Under the pieces are notes generated by a model, which saw only the letters and a program-made list of their open reading frames with translations, was not told the DNA's origin and did not search any database. Shown in pieces: positions 1 to 10,101 of a stretch of 64,000 nucleotides of DNA; position 1 is the first letter of the stretch, and each line of letters begins with the position of its first letter. Location: positions 3,648,001 to 3,712,000 of the forward strand of contig JASGJH010000001.1 in NCBI GenBank assembly GCA_047601445.1, read 5' to 3'. This DNA comes from Myxococcales bacterium (GTDB lineage Bacteria > Myxococcota_A > Polyangia > Polyangiales > DASUME01). Position numbers and translations under genes: made by a program.

Positions 1-1026
1 ACCGCCAGCGTGGCGCGGGCCCTGGGTCGTTCGTTGGTGCGGCATCTGCGCGAAGGCCGCCCGCACGCGGAGTGGCCTCTGGCCTACGACCTGATGATGA
101 GCGTTCTGCGTCAGGCAGCCCAAGACCATCCCGAGCTCTCGAAGGCCCTGGCGCGCGCGAGTTCGGCGCCGTTACCGCTCTCGCTGCGCAGCAAGGTCCA
201 GCTCACGCAGGCTGCGTTGGCAGGCTTGCCCGCGGAGCTCTACACGCCGACGCGCAGCCCCTGGGACCGCGCGCGTCGCCGGCGCGAGCAAGGGCCCGGC
301 GAGACGACGTTCCTGTTTCTTCACGGCGGCGGCTACGTCACGTGCTCGCCTCGCACCCATCGCGACATCATCTCTCGCATCTGCTTGGAGCTCGGCGGCC
401 GCTGCATCGCTCCGGACTATCGGCTAGCGCCCGTGCACCCCTTTCCCGCCGCGCTCGAAGACGCGCTGGCCTGCTACCGCAGTTTGCTCGAGGCGGGTCA
501 GGATCCAGGCCGGCTGTTCGTGGGTGGAGACTCCGCCGGCGGTGGCTTGAGCTTGGCCCTGGCCGTGCGTCTACGCGAGCTGCGCCTGCCGCTCCCGCGC
601 GCGCTGGTGTTGCTCTCGCCATGGGTGGACCTCTCGCTCGACCATCACGCGCTGGCTCCTTACGCGGATCATGACTACTTGGCGGTCGAAGCCACGTTGA
701 CCAACGCCCGTGAATACGCCGGCGCGAGCGCGCTCTCGCACCCGCTCATCTCGCCCCAGCACGCCGACCTGCGGGGGCTGCCGCCGATGCTGATTCAGAC
801 GGGCGAATGGGAGCTCCTGCGAGAGCAGAACTTGACCTTCGCGCGTACGGCCCGGCGCGCGGGCGTTACGGTGGAGCACTCACTCTATCCGGGCATGCTG
901 CACGCGTTCACCTGCTTCGCGGGGCTCACGGAACAAGGCGCGCGGGCCATCGCCGAGCTCGGGCAGTTCATGCGGGCTCAGCTCGCGTCCGAAGAGCCCG
1001 AAGCGCCGCGCGCCAAGGCCTCTTGA
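1..1026 (+). CDS. GDXG/HSL-family alpha/beta hydrolase (esterase/lipase), probably 5'-partial
   Basis: HGGG oxyanion motif, GDSAGG nucleophile elbow, LSPW and H-A-F motifs; frame open back to base 1. Confidence 0.9.
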   Translation, partial: TASVARALGRSLVRHLREGRPHAEWPLAYDLMMSVLRQAAQDHPELSKALARASSAPLPLSLRSKVQLTQAALAGLPAELYTPTRSPWDRARRRREQGPGETTFLFLHGGGYVTCSPRTHRDIISRICLELGGRCIAPDYRLAPVHPFPAALEDALACYRSLLEAGQDPGRLFVGGDSAGGGLSLALAVRLRELRLPLPRALVLLSPWVDLSLDHHALAPYADHDYLAVEATLTNAREYAGASALSHPLISPQHADLRGLPPMLIQTGEWELLREQNLTFARTARRAGVTVEHSLYPGMLHAFTCFAGLTEQGARAIAELGQFMRAQLASEEPEAPRAKAS

Positions 1027-1045
1027 TGGCGGCGACTCGAGCTCC

Positions 1046-2110
1046 TCAAGCCGACGCCTCGGACCAGCTCACGAGCACCTCGCGCGCCCCCTGAAACGGG
1101 CGCCTCCCGTGCAGCATCAGGTGGTTGTCGACCAAGAGCACGTCGCCTGGACGCCAGCACACGCGAATGGCCGAAGCGTCCACCACCTGGCGCACGTGGT
1201 TCACGATGGCATCGGCGATGGGAGCGCCGCTGGCCAGGCGCACGTCGGTGGCGACCTCGCGCCCTAGCCACTGAAACGCCCTGCGGTAGCCCAGCGCCAG
1301 CGGGCGCAAGGCCAAGGCGCGCAGGCCCCGCTCGCGATGGGCGGCGCTGGCCAGGATCTCCGCAGGCGTGGAAGCATGGAAGACCAACAGGTGATTCAGC
1401 CAGGCGCGCTCGCGGGTCTCGGGGTGCAGGCGCACCGCGGTCTGCTGTTGCTCGAGCGTGAGCGAGCCGTCGTGGCCGAAGTAGGCGCTGGTGCCCAGGC
1501 GCCGCAGGCGCGCCAGGAGCTCCTCGCGATCGCGCGTGCCAAAGGTAATGTTCCAGCGCTTGAGCTCGAAGGGATCGTGCCAGCCGTCCGCGCGTGCGTG
1601 TCGGCGCCGGATGCGGAGCGGGCCCGCGAGGAGCGGCTCGACGAGCCCCGGATCGAGCCGAGAGAGTACGCGGCGACCGTCGACGAGTGTGGTCTCCCCG
1701 CCGGTCCTGGAGGCGCGCCTGCACCAGAAGAAGAGCTGACGCGGCATGCGAGGCAAGTAGCTCATCTCCGCGTGCTCGGGCACCACCACCGCCGAGGAGA
1801 CTTCGCTCGCCGTGTACACACCCGGAGCCTGGTAGGTGCGCGGGCTCGGTCCCTCGTAGCTCGCGCCAAGCGGCCCCCCAATGGTGGATGCCACTTCGGC
1901 GAACTCGCTAGCGTCCACTTGCGGAAAGTCTCGCAGAAGGATGGCGCCCGCCATCTGCAGCGTTTGCCGGAGCTCGTCGCCGTGCTTGGCGACGTGGTCG
2001 GCGAGTCGCTGATGACGACCTGCACCCGAGACGAGCACGGGCCCCTCGGGCAGAGACACGCGTGGGCGCACGGGAACGCGCGGCAGTTTGGAGACGGAGC
2101 TTGCGATCAT
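1046..2110 (-). CDS. TauD/TfdA-family Fe(II)/2-oxoglutarate dioxygenase (SyrP-like)
   Basis: GAILLRDF, VYTASE..PEHAEMSY (HxE), GGETTLVDGR, W.PGDVLLVDN..MLHGR; start moved to ATG at 2110. Confidence 0.85.
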   Translation of the reverse strand: MIASSVSKLPRVPVRPRVSLPEGPVLVSGAGRHQRLADHVAKHGDELRQTLQMAGAILLRDFPQVDASEFAEVASTIGGPLGASYEGPSPRTYQAPGVYTASEVSSAVVVPEHAEMSYLPRMPRQLFFWCRRASRTGGETTLVDGRRVLSRLDPGLVEPLLAGPLRIRRRHARADGWHDPFELKRWNITFGTRDREELLARLRRLGTSAYFGHDGSLTLEQQQTAVRLHPETRERAWLNHLLVFHASTPAEILASAAHRERGLRALALRPLALGYRRAFQWLGREVATDVRLASGAPIADAIVNHVRQVVDASAIRVCWRPGDVLLVDNHLMLHGRRPFQGAREVLVSWSEASA

Positions 2111-2459
2111 GGAATGCAGGCAGCTGAGCAAATTGCGATCCAGGGCGCCGTGTTGATCTTTGCGGTGTCGCCCGTGCTTGGACGCGGTTCTCCCCGGAAC
2201 CTTCGAGGGCACCCCGGAAATCTGCGACTCGAGCGCACCGTTTCGCGGGGAGGGCACGCGCCCTTCCCGCCCGTCGCGGCAAAGCCGCGTCGGGCCCCAC
2301 CCCACCGCGAGGTTCGCTTCGCTCACGAAGTAGTACTTGGATGGTCGGCTCACTCGGGCCCACCAGCCGTTCGGCCCTCGTCTTGCATTGCGTCGAGGAG
2401 TGAGTCGTCACGTTTTCCGGTCACCACCCCATCTCGAGTCCAGTGCAGCCACGGATTCC

Positions 2460-3750
2460 GTGCGCGAGCGCCCGGTCCCGCAACTCGCTTCCACCACGCA
2501 GCTGCTTGGGCCTAGCGAGCACATGTTCATGGCGCTACGGCGCTTCACCCCGACCAACGTGTGCCGGGTGATCGCCATCGAAGGGGAGCTCTCACCGCGC
2601 GCGGTGCAGCTCGCGCTGAGGCACCTGCAGGCCCGTCATCCACTGCTGCGCTCCCACGTGGTGGATGCAGAGGTCCCCTATTTCGTGCACGGCGAGGCAG
2701 GCGCTCCCCAGCTCCACGTGGTGCAGCGCGAGAACACGCAGCACTGGCGACGCGTGCTGGAGCGGGCCCTGAACACGCCCCTCACGCAGGCACCGGGCCC
2801 GCTCTGCGAGGTGCACTATGTGTACGGCGAAGGGCAGCGCGCGGCCGAGCTCATCGTCGTGGCCGAGCACGTCATATGCGACGGGATCAGCATCAACCAG
2901 CTGTGCGCGGAGCTGCTCGAGCTGTGCGCGCGTCCCGAGGTGGGCATGGCCCGCCCGGCCCTCCCCGTGCTGGAACGCATGCTGCCGGAACACGGCCTTC
3001 AGGCACGCTTGCTGGGCTTCGGCGCTGCGCTCACGACCTTCGCGCGGGTGTCCTTCGGACGCGCCCTCTCGGGCGGACGACGCTGCGCAGAGAGCTCGAG
3101 CTATGCCTATCGCGAGCTCGACCCCGAGCAGACCCGAGGTCTGCTGGAGCAAGCGCGCCGCCACGAGACCACGCTCACGGGGATCTTGCTGGCCGCCGTC
3201 ACCCAGGTGCTCGCGGAGCGATACCCGGACGAGCGCCGCTATGCCATCAGCGTGCCGATCAACTTGCGGTCGCGCCTTCGAGGGCGCGCGCTCAGCGCAG
3301 AGGACCTCGGCAACTACACCAGCGTGGCCTATCTCGAGACGCGCCCGAACACGGATCCCTGGCGGCTCGCCGCGTTGCTCAAGCGAAAGCTCGATACGAT
3401 TGTCGCCAGCGACCGGCTCCTGTCCGCCGTATCTCTGATCTATCGCACGGGCAGGCTGTGCCTGCGCCCGGGCCGCCCGCCGCTCGCCCACGCCATGCTG
3501 AGCAACAGCGGCATCGTTCCACTGCGGCGAGACTACGGCGCCTTCCGCACGCTCGCCTTTCGCAGCGCCACGTCGGCGCCGATGCTGTCGGCCGATTCTC
3601 TGCTTCTTCTGCAATACGCTGCACGACCGTCTCTGCATCAATCTGCTGTTCGCCGAGCAGGTGTTGTCACGCAGCGAGGCCGAGCAGGTGCTCTCGGAGC
3701 TGGAGCACAAGCTCGCTGCCTTCGGCCCCCTCGGAGAAACCGCCCCATGA
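2460..3750 (+). pseudogene. Condensation-fold/alcohol acyltransferase-like (PapA5-like) protein with a +1 frameshift near 3595-3605
   Basis: RHPLLR and HVICDG (HxxxDG) motifs; a plausible C-terminus (FFCNTLHDRLCINLLFAEQV...ETAP*) lies in another frame and ends TGA 3750, overlapping the next ATG (ATGA). Confidence 0.7.
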
Positions 3751-4055
3751 CACGCATGACCCTGGATGAGCTCATCGAACGCTACGACCAAGACCATCAG
3801 CATCCCGCGAACCGGGCGCTCCACATGGTGGGCATCACGCTGATCGGCAGCTCCGTGGTGCTGCTCGTGCCCGCGCCCCCGCTTGCGGCGGCGCTGTTCG
3901 TCTCGGGCTGGGCCGCGCAGCTCGTGGGTCACCGCATCGAAGGCAAGCCGCCGAGCTTCACGCGTGACCCGAGGTTCATGGTGGTGGGCGCTTTCTGGTA
4001 CGCGCGACGCGTGCGCGAGTTGAGCCAACGGCTGGCTCACGCACGCACGACTTGA
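3747..4055 (+). CDS. Mpo1-like / DUF962 small membrane protein
   Basis: Y.QDHQHPANRALHMVGI and GW.AQLVGHRIEGKPP motifs; ATGA coupling to the upstream gene. Confidence 0.85.
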   Translation: MTRMTLDELIERYDQDHQHPANRALHMVGITLIGSSVVLLVPAPPLAAALFVSGWAAQLVGHRIEGKPPSFTRDPRFMVVGAFWYARRVRELSQRLAHARTT

Positions 4056-4071
4056 GACCTGAAAATCAGCC

Positions 4072-5643
4072 TCAGAACGCCGGTCGACTCGGCGTGCCCG
4101 CGTAGGGCACCACGCTGTCGCGCACCCGGATCAATCCGTTGAGCACGCCCACGAAGGCCGTGCCGTCGGGCGCCAGGGAGATGGCCGCCCAGTTGTTGTC
4201 GTAGCGCACGCCCGTTCCGGTGAGCACGCGATAGACGGTCTTCCCGGTGTCGAAGTCGATGGCCGTGAAATAGTAGGCATCGAGCCCATTCGGTGCGTTG
4301 GGAAGCTTGGTGTAGGCGTAGACGAGCCCGGTGGCGGTGGACAGCTTGGGCACCGTGGTCTGCGAGATCTCCCGGCTCTCCCACATCACGTCGCAACCAC
4401 TCTCGTCGGCCCGCACGTCGATGCGCGCGAGCCCGGGTGCGCTGGTCTTGCCGCCGCGCATGGTGAGAAAGAGGTCGTAGCCCGCGTTGTTCTCCACGAT
4501 CAGCGAGCGACCGTGGCCGATCAAGGTGTTCTCCGTGGCGCTCTGTCCTGGGCTGAACACGGGCGTGCGGCACACGAGGCGCTCGTTCGCGCCGGCCTTG
4601 CGGCGGTACACCAGCACGTTCATGCGCGGCTCGGCGTTGTCTGCGATCGCCACGTAATCTTCGCCGAGGATGGTCGGGGTGGTGCCGGAGCCCTGGTTGA
4701 TCTGCCCGAGCTTGCGCGCGGTCCCGCGGTCGTAAGCCTCGCGCCAGATCAACGCGAGGGTGCCCTGGGCCGTGGCGGCGAAGTGGTAGAGCGCGTGATC
4801 CGACACGATGTACGCCCCCTCGGGCGCCATGCTGAAGGAGTTCTCGATCTCCTCGCCCGCGAGGCGCTTGCTCACCACGCGGGGCGCGGCCGGGTCGGCC
4901 TTGGCGCGCACGAAGCCGAGCGTGCCATAGCGCGCCACGAACCAATAGTTGCCCTCGAAGTCGGGCATCACGGCCGTGATCTTGTCGAGTTCGCCCGTGG
5001 GTAAGGTGAGCTCCCGCGCGAGATTGAAGTGCTCGTGACGAACGAACCGCAGCTCCTCGCCCTGCCCTTCCACCGCGATGACCTCGATGGATCCGTCCGC
5101 GGTCCCCACCACGGCCCGGTCGAGATGGTCGAGATAGAAGTAGGCTCCGCCCGAGGTGTCGTTCATGGTCTTGCGCAGCTGCAGCATCGAGCTGCGGCGC
5201 GCGGGCAGCTCGTAGCTCGCCAGGACGTGCAACGTCTCCGGCTCGAGCAGCAACAGGGTCGGCGTCCGCTTGCTGACGCACACGGTGACGATGCGACCAC
5301 GCCGATCGAAGTTGATGGTCGGGCACTCGCCGCCGAGGAACCCCATGGAGCGCGACGCGACCTCGGGCTGATGGCCGAGAGGCCCCGCCCAGCTGTAGGC
5401 GTTCGTGGTGAACGGATCCACGTGCATCGAGCTCGCGCCGTGCGGCGCCATGAACGGATGCTCGGGCGCGTAGGGCTTGGCCAACGGACGCGGAGCGTGC
5501 GCGACGCCGTCGCGTGCAGGCACCAGATGCTGCACGCTCGTATCCCATGGGATCGCGCGCGAGGCGCCGACCCGCATGTGTCCGCAAGCGCTGACCAGCG
5601 CGAGTGCGGTGAGCAGCGCGAGCTGCTTCCAAGCAGCGCTCAT
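4072..5643 (-). CDS. Secreted/lipoprotein of unknown function, probably beta-propeller-like
   Basis: Lipobox-like LVSAC after a hydrophobic stretch; long beta-rich repeats (GSGTTPT, SQTTVPKLS); strong GC3 bias. Confidence 0.7.
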   Translation of the reverse strand: MSAAWKQLALLTALALVSACGHMRVGASRAIPWDTSVQHLVPARDGVAHAPRPLAKPYAPEHPFMAPHGASSMHVDPFTTNAYSWAGPLGHQPEVASRSMGFLGGECPTINFDRRGRIVTVCVSKRTPTLLLLEPETLHVLASYELPARRSSMLQLRKTMNDTSGGAYFYLDHLDRAVVGTADGSIEVIAVEGQGEELRFVRHEHFNLARELTLPTGELDKITAVMPDFEGNYWFVARYGTLGFVRAKADPAAPRVVSKRLAGEEIENSFSMAPEGAYIVSDHALYHFAATAQGTLALIWREAYDRGTARKLGQINQGSGTTPTILGEDYVAIADNAEPRMNVLVYRRKAGANERLVCRTPVFSPGQSATENTLIGHGRSLIVENNAGYDLFLTMRGGKTSAPGLARIDVRADESGCDVMWESREISQTTVPKLSTATGLVYAYTKLPNAPNGLDAYYFTAIDFDTGKTVYRVLTGTGVRYDNNWAAISLAPDGTAFVGVLNGLIRVRDSVVPYAGTPSRPAF

Positions 5644-5769
5644 GCAACAACGCACCGCACCGAGGGCGAGGTGTGAAGAGCGCTGATGCTTGGAAATACC
5701 CGGGGCGTGCATGATGAAGAGCGCATTGAGCAAAGGCCGCGCCAACCCGACAAATTCGCCTCAAAATGC

Positions 5770-5805
5770 AAAAGCCCCGCCGAATCGATGTGATTTGGCG
5801 GGGCT
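5770..5805 (-). terminator. Rho-independent terminator downstream of the peroxiredoxin
   Basis: Minus strand AGCCCCGCCAAATC-loop-GATTCGGCGGGGCT followed by a short U tract. Confidence 0.7.
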
Positions 5806-5907
5806 CACGAATGCCTCAGGGTTCCCGAAAGCGGACTGTCTACCATGAAAGACGTGAGGGGCCGTGACGTACGACCGTAAAAGCTCACGGGCTCCCAGGA
5901 GCCATCC

Positions 5908-6555
5908 TCACCGCGGAAGATTCGGCTGCGGTGTAAGGCGGAGATAGGGACGAACCGCGCGGTAACCAAGGGGAAACTTTTGCTTGATGAGCTCGGGATC
6001 CTGGAGCGCAGGTACGATCACGACGTCGTCGCCGTGCTTCCAGTTTCCCGGTGTGGCCACGCTGTGGCGGTCGGTCAGCTGAAGCGAGTCGATCACACGC
6101 AGGATCTCGTCGAAGTTGCGCCCGGTGCTCGCTGGATACGTGATGATCAGGCGCACCTTCTTGGTGGGATCGATCACGAACAACGAACGCACCGTGTGGG
6201 TCGAGCTCGCGTTCGGATGGATCAGGTCATACAGCTCACTGACCTTGCGGTCCGCGTCGGCGATGATCGGAAAGTTCACGCGCGTGGACTGGGTGTCGTC
6301 GATGTCGGCGATCCACTTGTGATGGGACTCGACCGGATCTACGGAGAGCGCCAGCACCTTCACGCCTCGCTTCTCGAATTCGCCCGCGAGCTTGGCCGTG
6401 AGACCGAGCTCGGTGGTGCAGACCGGCGTGAAATCCGCGGGATGGGAGAAGAGCACGGCCCAGCTGGAGCCGAGCCACTCGTGAAAACGGATACGCCCCT
6501 GAGACGAATCCTGTTCGAAGTCGGGAGCGAGGTCCCCTAGCCGCAAGCTGCCCAT
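5908..6555 (-). CDS. 1-Cys peroxiredoxin (Prx6/LsfA type)
   Basis: FSHPADFTPVCTTE and YP.STGRNFDEILR motifs. Confidence 0.95.
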   Translation of the reverse strand: MGSLRLGDLAPDFEQDSSQGRIRFHEWLGSSWAVLFSHPADFTPVCTTELGLTAKLAGEFEKRGVKVLALSVDPVESHHKWIADIDDTQSTRVNFPIIADADRKVSELYDLIHPNASSTHTVRSLFVIDPTKKVRLIITYPASTGRNFDEILRVIDSLQLTDRHSVATPGNWKHGDDVVIVPALQDPELIKQKFPLGYRAVRPYLRLTPQPNLPR

Positions 6556-6808
6556 AGACGATGACTCCTGGTTGCGAGAGGGGCAGCCGTCGCAAGGGAC
6601 GTACCAGCATGCAGAGGGGCGATTTTCTCGGGAAAACCTTGGTGCTTACGGAGCCGAATGGGCCCGATCCATGAAATGCCATGGGCGGCTACGAAATGTC
6701 ACGGGCGCGACACCAGGGCCGGAATCGGCGAGCGGATACGGCTCGAACACGGGCGCGCCTTGCTGGTGGCGGCAAGGCTGGCACGGGAGCAGGGCGACCT
6801 TCGCTTTG

Positions 6809-8788
6809 CTAGCGGGTCACACAGAAGCCGAACTGGGTAGACGCCCCCGGTTGCAGCACCGCGTTGTGATCGACGCCACCGAAGGTCACCTTCCCCGTGC
6901 TCCCCGAGACCTTGCTCTCCCAGTTTTGGTTGAGGGTCCCACCCAGATCGAGCTGCACCGTCCAGGTCAACGCTGCGGCACTGCGGTTGATGACCTCGAA
7001 GGTGTGGCAGTAGCCGGCGCCCCAGTCGTTGTTCACGGTGAGGTTCAGCTCGAAGTCCTGCTCGGGAGCCGGCGTACCCGCGTCGGACGCGGGTGGAGCG
7101 TCAGGCTTCTCGCCCGGTTCATCGGGCCCGGCGTCGAGCGAGGGCTCCGCACCTTCTCCCTGCTCACGCTGCAACAACAGCTCGGGCGACGTGAGGACGC
7201 CGATCAAGGCCGAGAGGCTGCCGTCCGTGGCGGCGAAGGCGCGCTCGCTGCGCTCGGCGAGGCACACGGATCGCTCGTCCTCGCTCAAGCTGAGGGCGTA
7301 GCGCAAGAGGGAGCGTGCATAGCAACTCTGCACCTGGGCGCTCTGCGCGAGCGCGTCGATCATGGAGGGCAGATCGGCGTAGTCCCCCTGAACGTCGCTG
7401 CTCACCAGGATCTGGGCGCTGTCGTCGATGGCTTGTCCGTGATCGTCGGGTCGGTAGCGTCCGATTCCGTCGAAGTGCTCGAAGGCGAAGCCGATGGGAT
7501 CCATCAGCCGGTGACAGCTCGCGCAGGGCTCCTTCTCGGAATGGGCCGCATAGCGTTCGCGCGAGGTTTTCTTGGGGTCCAGGGCGGGCGGCTCGATCAC
7601 GATGCCTGCCGGCGGCGGCGGGAGGACCTCACACAGGAGACGTTCGCGCACCAAGCGGCCGCGCTGGACAGGCGAGGAGTCGTTGGAGCGTCCATGCGCG
7701 AGCATGGTACCGCCGAGGGTCAAGATGCCGCGTCGCTCCTGCTCGGAGAGCTCGCGGGGCGCGCCATCCATGGTGGAGGCGGCGTCGGGCAGCCCGTAAA
7801 ACATCGCCAGGGTGGGATCGAGGAAGGTGGTCTCGCTCGTCAGCAACGCCCGGACGGATCCCCCCTGCTCGAACAGCACGTGATCCACGAAGCGATCGAC
7901 CTCACGCGAAAGCGCGGTCCGCAGATCTTGGTTGAGCTCGGGAAAGCTGGCGTTGTCCTTGGGCACGGTGGCGATGGCGGCCAGGCCCAGCCAATCCTTC
8001 ACGAAGGCGCGCAGCACCGGGCGCGAGCGCGCATCGGTCAACATGCGGTCGACCGCGGACGTGATCTGCCCGGGCGTGTGCAACTTGCCGGTCCGTGCAG
8101 CCTCGCGCAACGTCGAGTCGGGCGAGGTCTGCCAGAGTAGATAGGAGAGCTCGCTCGCCACCTCGTAGTCGTCGAGCACGTAGAGTCCGCCGGCGTCGTC
8201 GAGCGCGCCGAGCTCGCTGCGATAGAGGAAGCGCGGCGACTGCAGCATGGCGGCGAGTACACGGTTGGCGCCTTCGGCAGGCGTCGGAGCAGCCTGGGCA
8301 AGCTTCAAATAGGGCGCCAGCGCGCTGTCGTCCACAGGGCGTCGGAAGAGCTCCGCGGCGAGCTTCTCGGTCAGCGTCTTCAGGCACGCTGCGTCTGGTG
8401 CAGACAAACAGGGCGCGAAGCGTGTGAGGTCGGCCTGGCTTGCGATGTCTTCGGCAGCGGCTTGCAGCTTGTCGGCCAGCAGCGGCGTCACCAGCAGTCG
8501 ATCGGCCGCGCGTCCGAAACCGTGCTCCACGGGATCGGCCGGAAACGTGGATCCGAAGTCGCCTTCGACCCCGAGCACATCGCGAACCGTGTTCTGATAC
8601 TCCACCGGCGTAAGTCGAACCAAGCGGCGTGCCGGGGCGTGCACTTCGTCGCAGAAGATGCTCTGGGCGCGTTGCCCCGGCAGTCGATCCAGTTCTCCGC
8701 CCAGGGCCGGGCCAGCAGGCGCGCCAGCATCGCACGCCGCGAGCGCGCACAGGAGTCCGAGGTCTCTCAACGAGGAGCGCATGTTCAT
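6809..8788 (-). CDS. DUF1587/1595/1592/1588/1585 lipoprotein with CxxCH and a C-terminal CBM2
   Basis: RLT..EYQNTVRD, QSPRFLYR.E, SSPVQRG, CASCH..MDPIGF.FEHFDGIGR; C-terminal DWGAGYC...W...NW...FGFC typical of CBM2; ATGA overlap at 8785-8788. Confidence 0.85.
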   Translation of the reverse strand: MNMRSSLRDLGLLCALAACDAGAPAGPALGGELDRLPGQRAQSIFCDEVHAPARRLVRLTPVEYQNTVRDVLGVEGDFGSTFPADPVEHGFGRAADRLLVTPLLADKLQAAAEDIASQADLTRFAPCLSAPDAACLKTLTEKLAAELFRRPVDDSALAPYLKLAQAAPTPAEGANRVLAAMLQSPRFLYRSELGALDDAGGLYVLDDYEVASELSYLLWQTSPDSTLREAARTGKLHTPGQITSAVDRMLTDARSRPVLRAFVKDWLGLAAIATVPKDNASFPELNQDLRTALSREVDRFVDHVLFEQGGSVRALLTSETTFLDPTLAMFYGLPDAASTMDGAPRELSEQERRGILTLGGTMLAHGRSNDSSPVQRGRLVRERLLCEVLPPPPAGIVIEPPALDPKKTSRERYAAHSEKEPCASCHRLMDPIGFAFEHFDGIGRYRPDDHGQAIDDSAQILVSSDVQGDYADLPSMIDALAQSAQVQSCYARSLLRYALSLSEDERSVCLAERSERAFAATDGSLSALIGVLTSPELLLQREQGEGAEPSLDAGPDEPGEKPDAPPASDAGTPAPEQDFELNLTVNNDWGAGYCHTFEVINRSAAALTWTVQLDLGGTLNQNWESKVSGSTGKVTFGGVDHNAVLQPGASTQFGFCVTR

Positions 8789-10059
8789 CCCCCCAGCCCG
8801 GACAGTCCGCCACTGATGTCGCTCACGCCGAAGCTGTCGACATCGACTCCCATGCTCTGGCACAGCGACACCAGGAGCTTCTGATGCGGCGCACCGTTGA
8901 ATTGGAGATAGCGCCCGGTCTTGAAGTTCCCGTTGCCTCCGCCCGCGATGATGAAGGGCACCGACTTGAAGTCGTGCAACCGCGAGTCGCCCAACTCTTT
9001 GACCCAGACCACGGTGCTCGTGTCGAGCAAGCTGCCGCTGCCGTCGGCCTCCTGGGTGTTGGCGAGGCGCTCGAGGAAGGCGGCGAACTGGCTGGCGAAC
9101 CAGCGTTCGGCGCGCACGAACTCCTGCACCCCGGCGGTGTTGGAGTCGTCCATGTGAGAGAGCTCGTGGTGCCCCTGGTTGGCCTGCGCCCACGAGAGGA
9201 TGGCTGGCGAGACCGTGTGCGACCATTGCAGCGAGAGCACCGGACTCAGGTCACAGGCAGCCGCTGCCACTAGCAAGTCCATCTGCAGCTCACCGACATC
9301 GGGCAAGTGCTCGTTGCTCCGGCTATCGCTCAGGCTCGGCGCCGTCAGCGTGCCGCACGCACCCGCAGCCGGGCCCGACAGGCGCTTTTCCAGGCTCCGC
9401 AGCGCGTCGAGGTGGGCATCGAGCTTCACGCGCTCTTCGCCGCCGAGTTGCTTCTCGAGGGCCTTGAGCTCACCGCGCACCAAATCGATGACGCCCTTGC
9501 GGCCCATCGGATCCGTGTCGCCGCTCGCTCCCGAGGTGGGCGCCGCGCCGAATAGGCGCTTGTAGGCCTGCACCGGGTCGTCCTCCGGAGCCACGAATTG
9601 ATGACTCTGGTTGTACGACATGCGGGTCTGGATCGAGGCTCCCCAGGCGCTCGTCTGCACGCCGAGCTCGATCGACGAAAACGGGGCGTTGGCGCCGATC
9701 TTTTGCGCGATGAATTGGTCGACGCTGATGGCGCCCCCGCCCGTGAGCATGTGCTCCATGCCGCCTTCGTGGCTGCCACCCCGCACGCGCTCGAAGTTCA
9801 AGCCGTCCAGGATCAAGAGGTCCTGCTTGTGCTCCGCCAGGGGTTCGAGGATGGAGCCTGGCGCGAAGCTGAAATTGGTGTCAGCGCCGGTCGGACGATA
9901 GAAGCGGTGCACAGTACCGTTGGGACTGAACCAAACGATGATGCGGCGTGCCTTCTGCGCCGCCCGCACGCGGGGTGCGGGCGCGAGCAGCCGCAGGAAG
10001 GGAGCCGCCACCAGGGCCGCTCCTACACCACTCATCCATCGACGACGCGTTGCTTGCAT
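8785..10059 (-). CDS. DUF1552 family protein (Tat-type signal)
   Basis: TRRRWM signal, F.PNG, ILEPL..HK, SVDQFIA, LD.HL.ALR.LE, HHELSH, KTGRYL motifs. Confidence 0.88.
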   Translation of the reverse strand: MQATRRRWMSGVGAALVAAPFLRLLAPAPRVRAAQKARRIIVWFSPNGTVHRFYRPTGADTNFSFAPGSILEPLAEHKQDLLILDGLNFERVRGGSHEGGMEHMLTGGGAISVDQFIAQKIGANAPFSSIELGVQTSAWGASIQTRMSYNQSHQFVAPEDDPVQAYKRLFGAAPTSGASGDTDPMGRKGVIDLVRGELKALEKQLGGEERVKLDAHLDALRSLEKRLSGPAAGACGTLTAPSLSDSRSNEHLPDVGELQMDLLVAAAACDLSPVLSLQWSHTVSPAILSWAQANQGHHELSHMDDSNTAGVQEFVRAERWFASQFAAFLERLANTQEADGSGSLLDTSTVVWVKELGDSRLHDFKSVPFIIAGGGNGNFKTGRYLQFNGAPHQKLLVSLCQSMGVDVDSFGVSDISGGLSGLGG

Positions 10060-10101
10060 GGCTGGGATCTCTCAGGAGTTCCAGTAAAGTGGCGCCCGGC
10101 G

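Noticed and set aside
2337..4055. 572-aa novel acyltransferase-Mpo1 fusion protein
   Set aside because: Explained by a single-base frameshift plus a normal ATGA gene junction
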